Origin: Dehalococcoidia bacterium
GTDB lineage: Bacteria; Chloroflexota; Dehalococcoidia; Lucifugimonadales; UBA3495
Assembly (NCBI GenBank): GCA_963664375.1
Contig: OY761449.1
Location: forward strand, 1,746,337-1,810,336
DNA length: 64,000 bases
Direction of reading: 5' to 3'
Position numbers and translations under genes: made by a program. Below, piece by piece: positions 1-9,287 of this stretch. Positions within the stretch are counted from its first letter, which is position 1. The number at the start of each line of letters is the position of its first letter. Under the pieces are notes generated by a model. The model saw only the letters and a program-made list of their open reading frames with translations, made no database searches and was not told the DNA's origin.

Positions 1-733
1 CCTGCGTTGCCGCCGCCTCGATGAGGTCAGCGCGGCCCACCAGGATGCCGCTGCCCTGCGGCCCTCGAACGCCCTTGCCGCCGCTGTAAACCACCATGTC
101 GGCCCCGGCGCGCAGGTAGCGGTACAGGTTCTCGCGCGGCGGCAGCATGGACGCGGCGTCGACGATGACGGGCAGATCGTGGGCGTGGGCAATCTCGCAG
201 ACCCGGTCCAGCGGCATCACCTTGTTGCTGGAGAAGGGCGAGCAGAGGTAGGCGACTGCCGCCGTCCGCTCATTGATCGCCCCTTCCAACTGCCAGGGGT
301 GGGCATACAGGTAGTCGCCGAACTCCACCATCTTCGCCCCGGCCGCCCGGTAAGCCTGGTCATAGGGAAAGCGGTGCATGGTGTGGATGACGATCTCGTT
401 CCTCAGCCCGTCCGTGTTGGGCAGTTGCCGCATTTTCACCGGGTCGTTGCCCGCGATGCAGGCCGCTGCCTGCAACAGCAGGCCGCCAGCCGCGCCGCTG
501 CATACGAATCCGGCCTCGGCCCCTACCAGCCGGGCGACCTCCCTTCCCGCAGCGCGATTCAAGTCATCCATGTTAACCATTATGCGGGCCGCCTTTTCCA
601 TCAGCTCCAGTGTCTCGGGCCGGGTGCGCGTCCCGCCCAGGCGGGTGATGGAACTGGCGGCGTTGATGATGGGCGCAACGCCCAGGCGCTGGTAAAGCGC
701 ATCGACATCCCACGAATTATTGCTGTCGGCCAC
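1..733 (-). CDS. SelA-like/DgaE-family PLP-dependent aminotransferase class V protein (runs off window start)
   Basis: Manual translation: GTG at 733 after GGAGG; LGVAPIINAASSITRLGG...VIVDAAS...YSGGKGVRGPQGSG PLP-lysine motif. Confidence 0.8.
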   Translation of the reverse strand, partial: MADSNNSWDVDALYQRLGVAPIINAASSITRLGGTRTRPETLELMEKAARIMVNMDDLNRAAGREVARLVGAEAGFVCSGAAGGLLLQAAACIAGNDPVKMRQLPNTDGLRNEIVIHTMHRFPYDQAYRAAGAKMVEFGDYLYAHPWQLEGAINERTAAVAYLCSPFSSNKVMPLDRVCEIAHAHDLPVIVDAASMLPPRENLYRYLRAGADMVVYSGGKGVRGPQGSGILVGRADLIEAAATQ

Positions 734-894
734 GTTTTCCTCCTGTCGGCGTCCGGACATCGCGGGGCGATAATGCCCCGAAACCGGATGCCTCAATCGA
801 CTGGACGCTCAGGCCATTATAGCAATTGGACAAGCGCCGATGTGGTAACATTTTCCCGGCCAACAACCGCTTGGAGCGTGTCGTCAAATCATCC

Positions 895-991
895 CGTCAT
901 TCCTGCGGAAGCAGGAATCCGGTTGTTTTTGCAACCGGATAGCTCCGCGACGGCAATAAGGTCTGGATTCCTGCTTGCGCAGGAATGACGG
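895..991. repeat. Family B palindromic repeat pair (GTCATTCCTGCG.AAGCAGGAATCC ... GGATTCCTGCTT.CGCAGGAATGAC)
   Basis: Inverted pair; related copies near 1912, 4370, 27595-27690, 30475, 33276, 35441-35540, 46692, 55720, 57236. Confidence 0.9.
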
Positions 992-1011
992 AAATGGTGG
1001 AGGAATCGAGA

Positions 1012-1785
1012 ATGTCAAACTCCGCTGGAGTGCTCGGCGGCCTGAGCGCCAGAGCCACGATTGGGCTGGTGGTGGTCAGCGCGTCGAGGGTTTCGGAACT
1101 GCGCTATCCGCGAGTCGTCCCCGAGGTGGCGTTCCTGGCCAGCCGCATGATGCTGGGCGGCGACGGCCTGGAGGCGCTGCTGGAAATGGAAAAGAACTCA
1201 TCGCGGGCCGTGGAGGAACTGGCCTCGGCAGGCGTGGACTCCATCGCCTACTGCTGCACCGTAAGCGGGGCGCAGCGCGGGCTGGAAAAGGATCGCGAGT
1301 TCTGCGCCGACATGGAGCGGGAATTCGGAACGCCGGTTGCATCGACCATGCTGGCCGCGGCGGAGGCGTTGCAGCGCTTAGGCATCCGCCGGGTGGTGCT
1401 GACCAGCCCGTACCCGCACAGCTACCACGAGGCGGAAAGCAGGTATCTGGCCGAGGCCGGAATCGAGACGGTGCATGAGTCCGGTATGGGATTCGAGACC
1501 GCCGCCGAGTTCGCCGCCGTAACGCCGGACGAGATTTACCGCTTTGCCCTGGACGCCTGGCAGCAGAGCGGCGGAGACGCCGACGGCCTATTCGTCAGTT
1601 GCATGAATTTCGACGCCATGGCCGCGGTACAGGCGCTGGAGCACGCCATCGGCAAGCTGGTGGTGACGTCGCACTCGGCGACGCTGTGGCGGGCGCTCTC
1701 GCTAGCGGGCATAGACGAGCCGGTGCCGGGCTACGGCAGGCTACTGGCGGAGCGGCGGGAGTGCCGCAGGCCAGTGGCAGTGTGA
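1012..1785 (+). CDS. Maleate isomerase/arylmalonate decarboxylase (Asp/Glu racemase) family protein
   Basis: YCCT and SCMNF catalytic Cys motifs, LTSPY, VVTSHSA; GGAGG before ATG 1012 (ATG 985 lies inside the repeat). Confidence 0.85.
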   Translation: MSNSAGVLGGLSARATIGLVVVSASRVSELRYPRVVPEVAFLASRMMLGGDGLEALLEMEKNSSRAVEELASAGVDSIAYCCTVSGAQRGLEKDREFCADMEREFGTPVASTMLAAAEALQRLGIRRVVLTSPYPHSYHEAESRYLAEAGIETVHESGMGFETAAEFAAVTPDEIYRFALDAWQQSGGDADGLFVSCMNFDAMAAVQALEHAIGKLVVTSHSATLWRALSLAGIDEPVPGYGRLLAERRECRRPVAV

Positions 1786-1811
1786 GTCGATTAAGCAACT
1801 GTCTCAAAAAT

Positions 1812-1850
1812 CCCCTCCCCCTTGACGGGGGAGGGTTAGGGTGGGGTGGA
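1812..1850. repeat. Family A palindrome (CCCCTCCCCC-loop-GGGGGAGGGTTAGGGTGGGG)
   Basis: About 18 copies seen, e.g. 22337-22450, 27725-27825, 28641, 29282, 30381, 33392, 34412, 35190-35395, 36327, 47458, 50630, 52041, 54624, 55612, 56680, 56776, 63402. Confidence 0.9.
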
Positions 1851-2004
1851 AAGGTAGTGCAGATAGGCCGCCAGGAAAGCAATCACTGGTTTTGGGATAG
1901 TTTCCTTACACTGGATTCCCGCTTTCGCGGGCATGACGGTGTGACGACGCGCAAGCCTTTGCAACAGGGTCAAAAGGCTACAATACACAAAGGAGTTACA
2001 AGTG

Positions 2005-2634
2005 ATGACCACAGCCGAAAGACTTAACGCAATGCCCCTGGGAGAGGCGATGTTCACCCAGCGGGCCATCCGGCGGTTCAAGAAGGACCCCATCCCCGAC
2101 GATGTCATGGAAGACATCATGCAGGCCACCATCCGCGCCCCCAACGGTGGGAACACGCAGCAATGGCGGTTCATCGTAGTCAAGGACGAAGAGAAGCGCC
2201 GGAGGCTGGGCGAGCTGTACCACGAGGCATGGTGGGCCAAGCGGGCCGACGCGGGCATCATGGGGCCCGAGGACCTGCCGCCGGGCCGGAACAGCATGCA
2301 GTCGGCGCGGCGGCTGGCCGACGAAATCGGCGACACGCCAGTGATGGTGCTAATATGCGCCACGGCCAAGGGAGCGCAGGCGGCCGGGTCGGTCATCCCG
2401 TCGGCGCAGAACATGCTGCTGGCGGCGCGGGCCTTCGGCATCGGCGGCACCATCACCACGCTGCACCCGGTGGTGGAGGAGCGCGTTCACGAACTGTTCG
2501 GCATCCCCGACGAGGCGCAGGTGGTCTACTGCATGCCGCTGGGCTACCCGCGCGGCGCCTTCGGCTCAGTGCAGCGAAAGCCCCTCCCCGAGGTCTGCGG
2601 CGTGGACAGCTGGGGCAACAGCTACCCGGGGTAG
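2005..2634 (+). CDS. Nitroreductase family protein
   Basis: TQRAIRRFKKDPIP, APNGGNTQQWRFIVV, AQNMLLAARAFGIG, PLGYP. Confidence 0.9.
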   Translation: MTTAERLNAMPLGEAMFTQRAIRRFKKDPIPDDVMEDIMQATIRAPNGGNTQQWRFIVVKDEEKRRRLGELYHEAWWAKRADAGIMGPEDLPPGRNSMQSARRLADEIGDTPVMVLICATAKGAQAAGSVIPSAQNMLLAARAFGIGGTITTLHPVVEERVHELFGIPDEAQVVYCMPLGYPRGAFGSVQRKPLPEVCGVDSWGNSYPG

Positions 2635-2657
2635 GGCGCCCCCATTTCTGAGGCCGA

Positions 2658-2736
2658 TTGTCTGAATCAGGATTCGCAGGATTTAAGGGTTTTCAGGACA
2701 TTTGTGCTGATAATCCAACCGCCCTGGTTCAGACAA
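2658..2736. repeat. Family E element: TTGTCTGAA...TTCAGACAA termini enclosing CAGGATT tandem units
   Basis: Also 10618-10711 and a truncated copy from 63974. Confidence 0.8.
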
Positions 2737-2806
2737 AGGAACAGAAAAGAACCTTGAATACCGCTCAGGGAGGGAGCGCCGGTGCGACGATTTAAGGAAG
2801 GGTTGT

Positions 2807-3499
2807 ATGGCGACTATTGAAGAGTTTGCCGCATTGATACCCGATTCGTTGTTGGAAGCGTCGGGAAAGGTGTTTGTTTCAGGACGGGATGCCTTTGGCT
2901 CACCATCGGGATTGTATATCCTTGGTCTAAACCCCGGTGGGTCTCCCGAATCTCATGCAGAGGAAACGGTACGATCCCATACTGGCAAAGTGCTTCACGA
3001 TGTGCCGGACAATTGGTGCGCGTTAAGCGACGAAGCTTGGGGGCGGAATGGGCATCGCGTTCAACACCCAATGCAGAGGAATGTGCTACATCTGCTGGCC
3101 CGGCTCGGGCTAAACTACCGAAAAGTGCCTGCCAGCGACCTGGTGTTTGTACGCTCTCAGGACGCATCGAAGATAAGCAAGAATCAGTTTGATCGCCTCG
3201 CCAACGACTGCTGGCCATTCCACAGGGCGGTTGTCAAGGAGCTTGGGGTGCGCGTGATTGTGTGTATGGGCCGAGAAGCCACCCGGCGAACCGTTGCCCA
3301 TTTAGAGGCGGACAATCCATCGTCGGGCAGATTCGCAGAGGTGGACAAATTCGTAGAGGGCGGTGGTCTGAAATTAACCAGTCACGCTTACCGAAATGGC
3401 GACGGGTTGACTATCGTGGGGTTAACTCATCCTTCCCGGTATCATTGGACCAGCCCGAAGTCTGACCCCAGCGAGTTGGTTCGGCGGGCGTTGGCATGA
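2807..3499 (+). CDS. Uracil-DNA glycosylase superfamily protein
   Basis: ILGLNPGGS, LVFVRS, VIVCMG, LTHPSR motifs; lower GC than neighbours. Confidence 0.65.
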   Translation: MATIEEFAALIPDSLLEASGKVFVSGRDAFGSPSGLYILGLNPGGSPESHAEETVRSHTGKVLHDVPDNWCALSDEAWGRNGHRVQHPMQRNVLHLLARLGLNYRKVPASDLVFVRSQDASKISKNQFDRLANDCWPFHRAVVKELGVRVIVCMGREATRRTVAHLEADNPSSGRFAEVDKFVEGGGLKLTSHAYRNGDGLTIVGLTHPSRYHWTSPKSDPSELVRRALA

Positions 3500-3626
3500 G
3501 CGCGGCCAACCCTAGCTAAACAAATCCCGAATCCGGTCGAGGAAGCCGCCCCGGCTGGCGCCGCACTCCATGAACCGGGCCCATTGCTGCCCGGCGGGCC
3601 CGAAGCGGCACAGGTCGCGGGCAGGG

Positions 3627-3995
3627 TCACGTGATGAAAGGTTGCAGCGTGTTGAACATTGCCTCTATGTCGGCAATACGCCGTTCCGTGGCCTCAGAGT
3701 CTATGAATTCCTTGCGTTTATAGAAGCTGACATGGAGTGACTGGGCGGCGTTCGACATGCGAATGAGACCGGGTTGCCGGTACACGTGGCTGGCGTTTAC
3801 GACAACGTTATCGAACTGGTCGTGGTGCTCGTATTCCCATCCGTTGGCGGCGGCGACTGCTTTGATGGTGTGAGACGCGGCCCCCCAACCCTTCTCTGAG
3901 GCCTGGTGAAGGTCGCCTTCGGCCAGGTACTCCTTGCTCCGGGCCAGGAAGTCCCTGGCCAGCTCCAGATGTTCAGTGACAGCGCTTGTAACCAT
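3627..3995 (-). CDS. PaREP1/HEPN-like protein
   Basis: GDLHQASEKGWGAA and LHVSFY motifs. Confidence 0.75.
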   Translation of the reverse strand: MVTSAVTEHLELARDFLARSKEYLAEGDLHQASEKGWGAASHTIKAVAAANGWEYEHHDQFDNVVVNASHVYRQPGLIRMSNAAQSLHVSFYKRKEFIDSEATERRIADIEAMFNTLQPFIT

Positions 3996-4102
3996 CGGCG
4001 TCCCCTTATCCGGTCACACACATATAACCTGCCCCCCCACTTTATCGTTCAGTAGGCGGCGCGGCAATGTGCTCAACGTGGAATACCGGGACGATTGCAA
4101 AG

Positions 4103-4365
4103 TCAGGGATTGCTGTCCCAGAGACGGGCGATGGTCTGGGCGGGGCGGAAGGCGCGGGCCTTGGCACGAAGGGGCATGGACACCCGGAGGGGAAACCATC
4201 CCCCCAGCCGTAGGGCGTTCAGCGCGGTGTTCACCAGGGTGGCGTATATCTCCCCCAAGCCAGGGCGGCAAGCGTGTGGACGTCCCCATTCCAACTGCGT
4301 TCCTCTACACGGTGGAGACTGTTCTCCACGCTCCAGTTCACGGAACCTAACCAGCCGTAGCAACC
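4103..4365 (-). pseudogene. ISAs1-family transposase C-terminal remnant, frameshifted
   Basis: Across frames: LLRLVR / WSVENSLHRVEERSWNGDVH / PGLGEIYATLVNTALNALR resembles ISAs1 HWxIENxLH..D..ED..A.LRN.ALN.LR. Confidence 0.6.
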
Positions 4366-4529
4366 TCCCTGATTCCCGCTTTCGACGGAATGACGATTGA
4401 TTAGGCATCCAGTAGATAAGGCGCGATTGCCCTGGGCCAGAGGGACGGAATATTTGCGCCCTTTGCCGGGTGGTGATAGATTGAAAGGCAGTTTGGCGCG
4501 TTTCTCATTTTTGTTTTTGGACTGGACGT

Positions 4530-5555
4530 ATGGCCTCAGATAGCAACGGCAGCAGGCGCGGCGTTATTTTCTCGGGGATGCGGCCCACGGGACTGCTGCA
4601 CCTCGGCAACTACATCGGCGCATTGCAGAATTGGGTCGCGCTCCAGGACGAATACGACTGCATCTACTGCGCCGTGGACATCCACGCTCTGACCACCGTG
4701 GAATCGCGGGCGGACGCCGGTCAGATCCAGTCAAACATCGAAGACATGATCCTCGACTGGCTGGCGGCCGGCATTGACCCGGAGCGCAGCATCGTGTTCG
4801 TCCAGTCCCATGTGCCCGAAGTCATGACGCTGCACACGCTGCTGAGCATGGTCACGCCCCTGGGCTGGCTCATGCGCGTTCCCACCTTCAAGGAAAAGGT
4901 GCGGCAGATGGACGAGACCGAGGAGACCGTCAACTACGGCCTCGTCGGGTATCCCGTGCTCCAGACAGCCGACATCATCCTGTACAAGGCCGACACCGTT
5001 CCCGTCGGGCAGGACCAGATACCGCATATCGAACTGTCCCGCGAGATAGCCCGCCGGTTCAACAACACCTTCGGCGACACATTCCCGGAACCGCAGGTAA
5101 AGCTCACCGAGGCGCCCCTGCTGGTGGGCCTGGACGGACAGGCCAAGATGTCGAAGACGCTGGACAATCACCTGGACCTGGCCGCCAGCCCCGAGGACAC
5201 GGCCAAGCGGGTGATGACTGCCTTCACTGACCCGCAGCGCACCACCCGGAACATCCCCGGCCGTCCCGAGGTCTGCAACGTCTACTCGATGCACCGGATG
5301 TTCAGCCCATCGGCTGCCGTAACCGCCGTCTACGACGAATGCGCCGCGGCCACCCGGGGCTGCGTCGATTGCAAGCGCCAGTTGGCCGGGAACATCAACG
5401 AATTCCTGGAACCGATGCGCGAGCGCCGCAGAGAGTATGAATCCCGGCCGGGCTATGTCCGCGAAATCCTTGACGAGGGCGGCAAACGCGCCCGCGCCAT
5501 TGCCGTCCGGACCATCGAAGAAGTCTATGAGAAGATGGGCCTGGCCCGCGCCTGA
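4530..5555 (+). CDS. trpS: Tryptophan--tRNA ligase
   Basis: SGMRPTG, HLGNY, YPVLQTADI, PVGQDQ, KMSKT. Confidence 0.97.
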   Translation: MASDSNGSRRGVIFSGMRPTGLLHLGNYIGALQNWVALQDEYDCIYCAVDIHALTTVESRADAGQIQSNIEDMILDWLAAGIDPERSIVFVQSHVPEVMTLHTLLSMVTPLGWLMRVPTFKEKVRQMDETEETVNYGLVGYPVLQTADIILYKADTVPVGQDQIPHIELSREIARRFNNTFGDTFPEPQVKLTEAPLLVGLDGQAKMSKTLDNHLDLAASPEDTAKRVMTAFTDPQRTTRNIPGRPEVCNVYSMHRMFSPSAAVTAVYDECAAATRGCVDCKRQLAGNINEFLEPMRERRREYESRPGYVREILDEGGKRARAIAVRTIEEVYEKMGLARA

Positions 5556-5652
5556 ACGGCGGGCGTTAGACCAGCCGGGCGACCGCGGGACAACTTCCGG
5601 GCCACCCCGGTACTGTCCGGGAAAGAGGCACGGCATTTCTGAAAGAGGAATT

Positions 5653-6357
5653 ATGAAACAACTCGCACTACTGCTGTTCATCGGCCTGCTGGCTGCGGCG
5701 ATTCTGGCCTGCGGTGGAGAGACGGCAGAACCCACCGACACCCCGCAGCCCGTAGCCAGCGGAGCCGCGGCGACCCAGCCAGCGGCAGAGCCGACGGATC
5801 CGCCCGCGCCAACCGACACACCGGCGCCAACCGCTACGACAGCACCCCCGCCGGATACCCCCGTGCCAGCGCCGACAGCGACTTCCGCGCCGGAGCCTAC
5901 GGCTACGCCGGAACCTGAACCCACTGCCATCCCTGAACCAACGGCTACACCGGAGCCGGAACCGACAGCTACTCCCGAACCTGAACCTACTGCCACGCCG
6001 CAGGCGCCCACGGCTACACCCGAGCCAGCGCCCACGGCCACGCCCGCGCCAACGGCAGAGCCGGAACTGCCCATAGCCGCCGATCTGGCGCCGTTGGGCG
6101 ACAACCTGCGTCTCGTCGCCTACCTGGACCGGGCGACCCAGACGTGGCAGGTCTACGCCCCCACGGGAGACTTCAAGCCGGAGGACATCCCCCTTCCTCC
6201 CGGAATGGAAGTCCCGGATGCCTCTGAGATTGGAGTTCTGACTGCACTCGTGCCGGGCACCATCTACACTTTCGTAGTGAAAGATGACCAGACGGTTGAG
6301 CTGAACAGCAACTCGTACACCTTTTATGCAGGCGGCCAATATACGGTTTGGAAGTAG
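5653..6357 (+). CDS. Lipoprotein with Pro/Thr/Glu-rich (PEPTATP) repeat linker and small C-terminal domain
   Basis: Signal peptide with ILAC lipobox; low-complexity tandem repeats. Confidence 0.8.
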   Translation: MKQLALLLFIGLLAAAILACGGETAEPTDTPQPVASGAAATQPAAEPTDPPAPTDTPAPTATTAPPPDTPVPAPTATSAPEPTATPEPEPTAIPEPTATPEPEPTATPEPEPTATPQAPTATPEPAPTATPAPTAEPELPIAADLAPLGDNLRLVAYLDRATQTWQVYAPTGDFKPEDIPLPPGMEVPDASEIGVLTALVPGTIYTFVVKDDQTVELNSNSYTFYAGGQYTVWK

Positions 6358-6476
6358 GCTCTGCGGGTTATTTCTAAGCGGTGACCTCGCTTTGAGCCCC
6401 ATTGCCGCGAATCTGCGTAATCGGCCGTCTCTTCCGGTGTTGGCCGAAGTTTTGGACAAGGAAGTTCTAACGGGAC

Positions 6477-7307
6477 ATGACTGAACACTCTACAAGCGCT
6501 CTTCCAGCCACCGCCGACGGGCGCAGCGCCATGGACGTTGCCCTGGCGGCCACCAGCGCGGCCGGTGAGATCATTCGGGGCGGCTGGAACTCCGACCACC
6601 AGATAACGTTCAAGGGCCGGGCGGACATCGTAACGGACATCGACGTGAAGGCCGAAAACGCGATGCTGGAAATCCTAACCAGCGCCTTCCCCGGCTTCGG
6701 GATACTGGCCGAGGAATCAAAGCCCGTTGCTGGCGAATCGCCGTACCGCTGGGTCGTGGACCCTCTGGACGGCACCCGCAACTACGCCCAGAGCATCCCC
6801 CACTTCTGCACCATCGTTGCCCTGGCCAAAGGAGACGAGGTCGTCGCCGGCGTGGTCTACGACCCGGTGCGAGAGGAGACCTTCACCGCCGCCAAGGGGC
6901 AAGGAGCCTTCCTCAACGGCAATCCGATTTCGGTCACCGAAACGGCGGAGCTTTCCCGCTCGCTGCTCAGCTTCGATCTGGGCTACGTGGACGAAAAGGC
7001 GGGACTGGCCATCGACCTGCTCCGTTCGCTGTGGCCCGGCATGTACAGCGTCCGGCTCATGGGTTCGGCGGGACTGGGCGTTGCTTACGCCGCGTCAGGA
7101 CGGGTAGACCTGTTCTTCCACCATTCGCTGTCGCCCTGGGACATCGCGGCGGGGCTGATTATTGCTCGGGAGGCAGGTGGCAACGTCGTGGACCGGCAGG
7201 GCAACGACGCCACGCTGTTCACGCCAAGCGTCATCTGCTCCAGCCCCGCCCTGATCGACGGATTCCTCGCCGCCACCGACGGCCTGCCCTGGCGCACCGC
7301 AACGTGA
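6477..7307 (+). CDS. Inositol monophosphatase family protein
   Basis: ILAEES, WVVDPLDGTRNY, PWDIAAG. Confidence 0.93.
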   Translation: MTEHSTSALPATADGRSAMDVALAATSAAGEIIRGGWNSDHQITFKGRADIVTDIDVKAENAMLEILTSAFPGFGILAEESKPVAGESPYRWVVDPLDGTRNYAQSIPHFCTIVALAKGDEVVAGVVYDPVREETFTAAKGQGAFLNGNPISVTETAELSRSLLSFDLGYVDEKAGLAIDLLRSLWPGMYSVRLMGSAGLGVAYAASGRVDLFFHHSLSPWDIAAGLIIAREAGGNVVDRQGNDATLFTPSVICSSPALIDGFLAATDGLPWRTAT

Positions 7308-7349
7308 CCGCGTTCAACCGAACGACGCAACCGGATTGACGGAGGCTGC

Positions 7350-8561
7350 GTGAGTACGGATTACGATCTCATCGTCGTAGGCGGGGGAGTCGCAGGCTCG
7401 GCCCTTGCCGCAGGCATGGCGTCCGCCGGGGCGCGTGCGCTGGTGCTGGAGGCCGAGAAATCCTTCCGCGACCGGGTCAGGGGCGAAGCGATCATGCCGT
7501 GGGGTGTGGCCGACGCCAGGCTTCTCGGCCTCGAGAGTGCGCTGGAACAGGCCGCCGCCAATCCCCTGGCTTTCTGGGATTCTTACCAGGGCCCGGACAG
7601 GTCCGGACATCGCGACCTTACCCGAACCACCCGCGCCAGTGAGCCGGTAATGGCCTGCTACCACCCGGCATTGCAGGAATCGCTCTTGGAACACGCCCGG
7701 AATTCGTGGTCGGATGTTTGGCGCGGTATGCGGGTGTCAGGGGTTTCGGCAAGGGAAGATGGCGCGCCACCGTCGGTATTGGTTGATAGGAACGGCGCCA
7801 CCACCCGGTTGTCCTGTCGGCTGGTCGTTGGGGCCGATGGACGAAACTCCCTGACCAGGGGATGGGCCGGGTTCTCCGTAAATCGGGATCCCGAACGCAA
7901 CCTGGTCGCAGGCGTCCTTCTGGACAACGTGGCATTGTCCGACGATGCCACCCACGCTTGGCTGGACACTGAAAAGGGCCACTTCATCCTGAATTTCCCG
8001 CAGGGAAACGGGCGCGCGCGGGTGTATCTCTGCTACGCCGAGGGATCGGCCCGTCGCTACGGCGGCCCCGGCGACATCCCCGCGGTGCTTGGGGAGTGCA
8101 TGGCCTCCGGCGTGCCCGGCGAGGTGTACGAGGACGCCATTCCTGCCGGGCCGCTGGCCACCTTCGAAGGGCGCACCACCTGGGCGGAATCTGCCTACCA
8201 AAACGGCGTGGCGCTGGTCGGAGACGCAGCCGCAAACACCGACCCCACATGGGGCCAGGGTCTTTCCATGTCGTTCCGGGACGCCCGCGTGCTGAAGGAG
8301 CTGCTGCTTTCCCACGACGACTGGGATGCAGCCGGGCAGGCTTACGCAGACGCGCGGAACGAGTACTTCAGCGTGGTGCACTCAATGGAAAACTGGCAGA
8401 CGCAACTGCTGATGGACACTGGGGCCGAGGCCGACGCCGTGCGCGCCCGCGCATTCCGCAGTTGGCGCGACGACCGCACCAGGAACCCCGACACGTTCCT
8501 CAGCGGCCCCGGCGGCCCCCTGGGCGAGACCGGGCGACGCCGCTACTTCGGCGAGGATTAG
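7350..8561 (+). CDS. FAD-dependent monooxygenase/oxidoreductase
   Basis: VGGGVAG, VVGADGRNS, LVGDAA..DPTWGQG. Confidence 0.9.
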   Translation: MSTDYDLIVVGGGVAGSALAAGMASAGARALVLEAEKSFRDRVRGEAIMPWGVADARLLGLESALEQAAANPLAFWDSYQGPDRSGHRDLTRTTRASEPVMACYHPALQESLLEHARNSWSDVWRGMRVSGVSAREDGAPPSVLVDRNGATTRLSCRLVVGADGRNSLTRGWAGFSVNRDPERNLVAGVLLDNVALSDDATHAWLDTEKGHFILNFPQGNGRARVYLCYAEGSARRYGGPGDIPAVLGECMASGVPGEVYEDAIPAGPLATFEGRTTWAESAYQNGVALVGDAAANTDPTWGQGLSMSFRDARVLKELLLSHDDWDAAGQAYADARNEYFSVVHSMENWQTQLLMDTGAEADAVRARAFRSWRDDRTRNPDTFLSGPGGPLGETGRRRYFGED

Positions 8562-8587
8562 GCCAGAAACGGAACCCTACACATATA

Positions 8588-8857
8588 TCAGCGGTGGTCT
8601 CTTTCCACCAAGCCAAAAATTGGCCGGGCAGCCGTAGAATGCGGCTTGTAAATCGACCCTTTGACCAGCCTTTTCCTCAAGAGCCCGGCCAGTTTTTTCT
8701 CTAGGGCATCCGGTTCGAGACGAGTAATCGCCTGCAAGTTATCTAGCGTGCGCCATTTCCATTTCTTGTGCGAAAGCGCCAGCAGAATCCTCTTCTCGTC
8801 CGTGTCAAAATCATCTGCGTGCGAACGCCATCGCAATGTTCTATCAATGGTAGTCAT
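8588..8857 (-). CDS. Small hypothetical protein, possible winged-helix
   Basis: ALSHKKWKWRTLDNL..LLRKRLVKGS; TAATG coupling to upstream gene. Confidence 0.55.
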   Translation of the reverse strand: MTTIDRTLRWRSHADDFDTDEKRILLALSHKKWKWRTLDNLQAITRLEPDALEKKLAGLLRKRLVKGSIYKPHSTAARPIFGLVERDHR

Positions 8858-9249
8858 TACCTGCCTCCAAACGAACCAAACTCATCCAACAGGTCGCCGA
8901 TCTCGTCATCTTCCAATTCCCGATGGAGCGCAACCCCGGACGTTTGGCCCCTCCCTACGTCTCTTGACTGTAAACTTTCCAGATATGAACTCAGTATGTC
9001 GGGATTGTGCCGCAACTCCTGGACCACCCTCAAATCCAGCGCCTCCCGGCTGCTGAAGGTCAGGAATGCCGGGTCGCGCCAGTACATGGCCACCAGCGCC
9101 AGCAACACCATTCCCAGCGACGAAATAGCGAATACGGCGGCGATGGTACCGCTTGTGCCCGCGAACTTGGCCAACATCCCAAGGGTCGTTTCCGAAAAGG
9201 CTAAACACGTGCCCAGAAACAACAGGGGTCTTGTTCCACCGTCTCTCAT
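8857..9249 (-). CDS. Hypothetical membrane protein (about 2 TM helices, acidic tail)
   Basis: Two hydrophobic segments; stop overlaps next start. Confidence 0.55.
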   Translation of the reverse strand: MRDGGTRPLLFLGTCLAFSETTLGMLAKFAGTSGTIAAVFAISSLGMVLLALVAMYWRDPAFLTFSSREALDLRVVQELRHNPDILSSYLESLQSRDVGRGQTSGVALHRELEDDEIGDLLDEFGSFGGR

Positions 9250-9287
9250 TCCGTGAATACTAACAGAATCGGGTGGAAACCGGACGA

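Noticed and set aside
1-733. SelA-like gene as proof of selenocysteine machinery
   Set aside because: Short N-terminus and motifs fit the DgaE/SelA-like family rather than canonical SelA; gene is also truncated by the window.
4313-4328. GGAGACTGTTCTCC shared with the terminator at ~63922
   Set aside because: Short match; one copy is transposase coding sequence, likely coincidence.
4030-4380. GC-rich stretch considered as RNase P or other ncRNA
   Set aside because: No GAGGAAAGUCC-type signature; better explained as an ISAs1 transposase remnant on the minus strand.
5720-6065. Tandem repeats considered as CRISPR or VNTR array
   Set aside because: Degenerate codon-level repeats encoding a PEPTATP linker; no constant repeat with unique spacers, and no cas genes in the window.
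4731-6104. Long antisense ORFs (also 9393-10514, 18692-19846 and similar)
   Set aside because: Shadow frames of real genes in GC-rich DNA, with no recognisable motifs.
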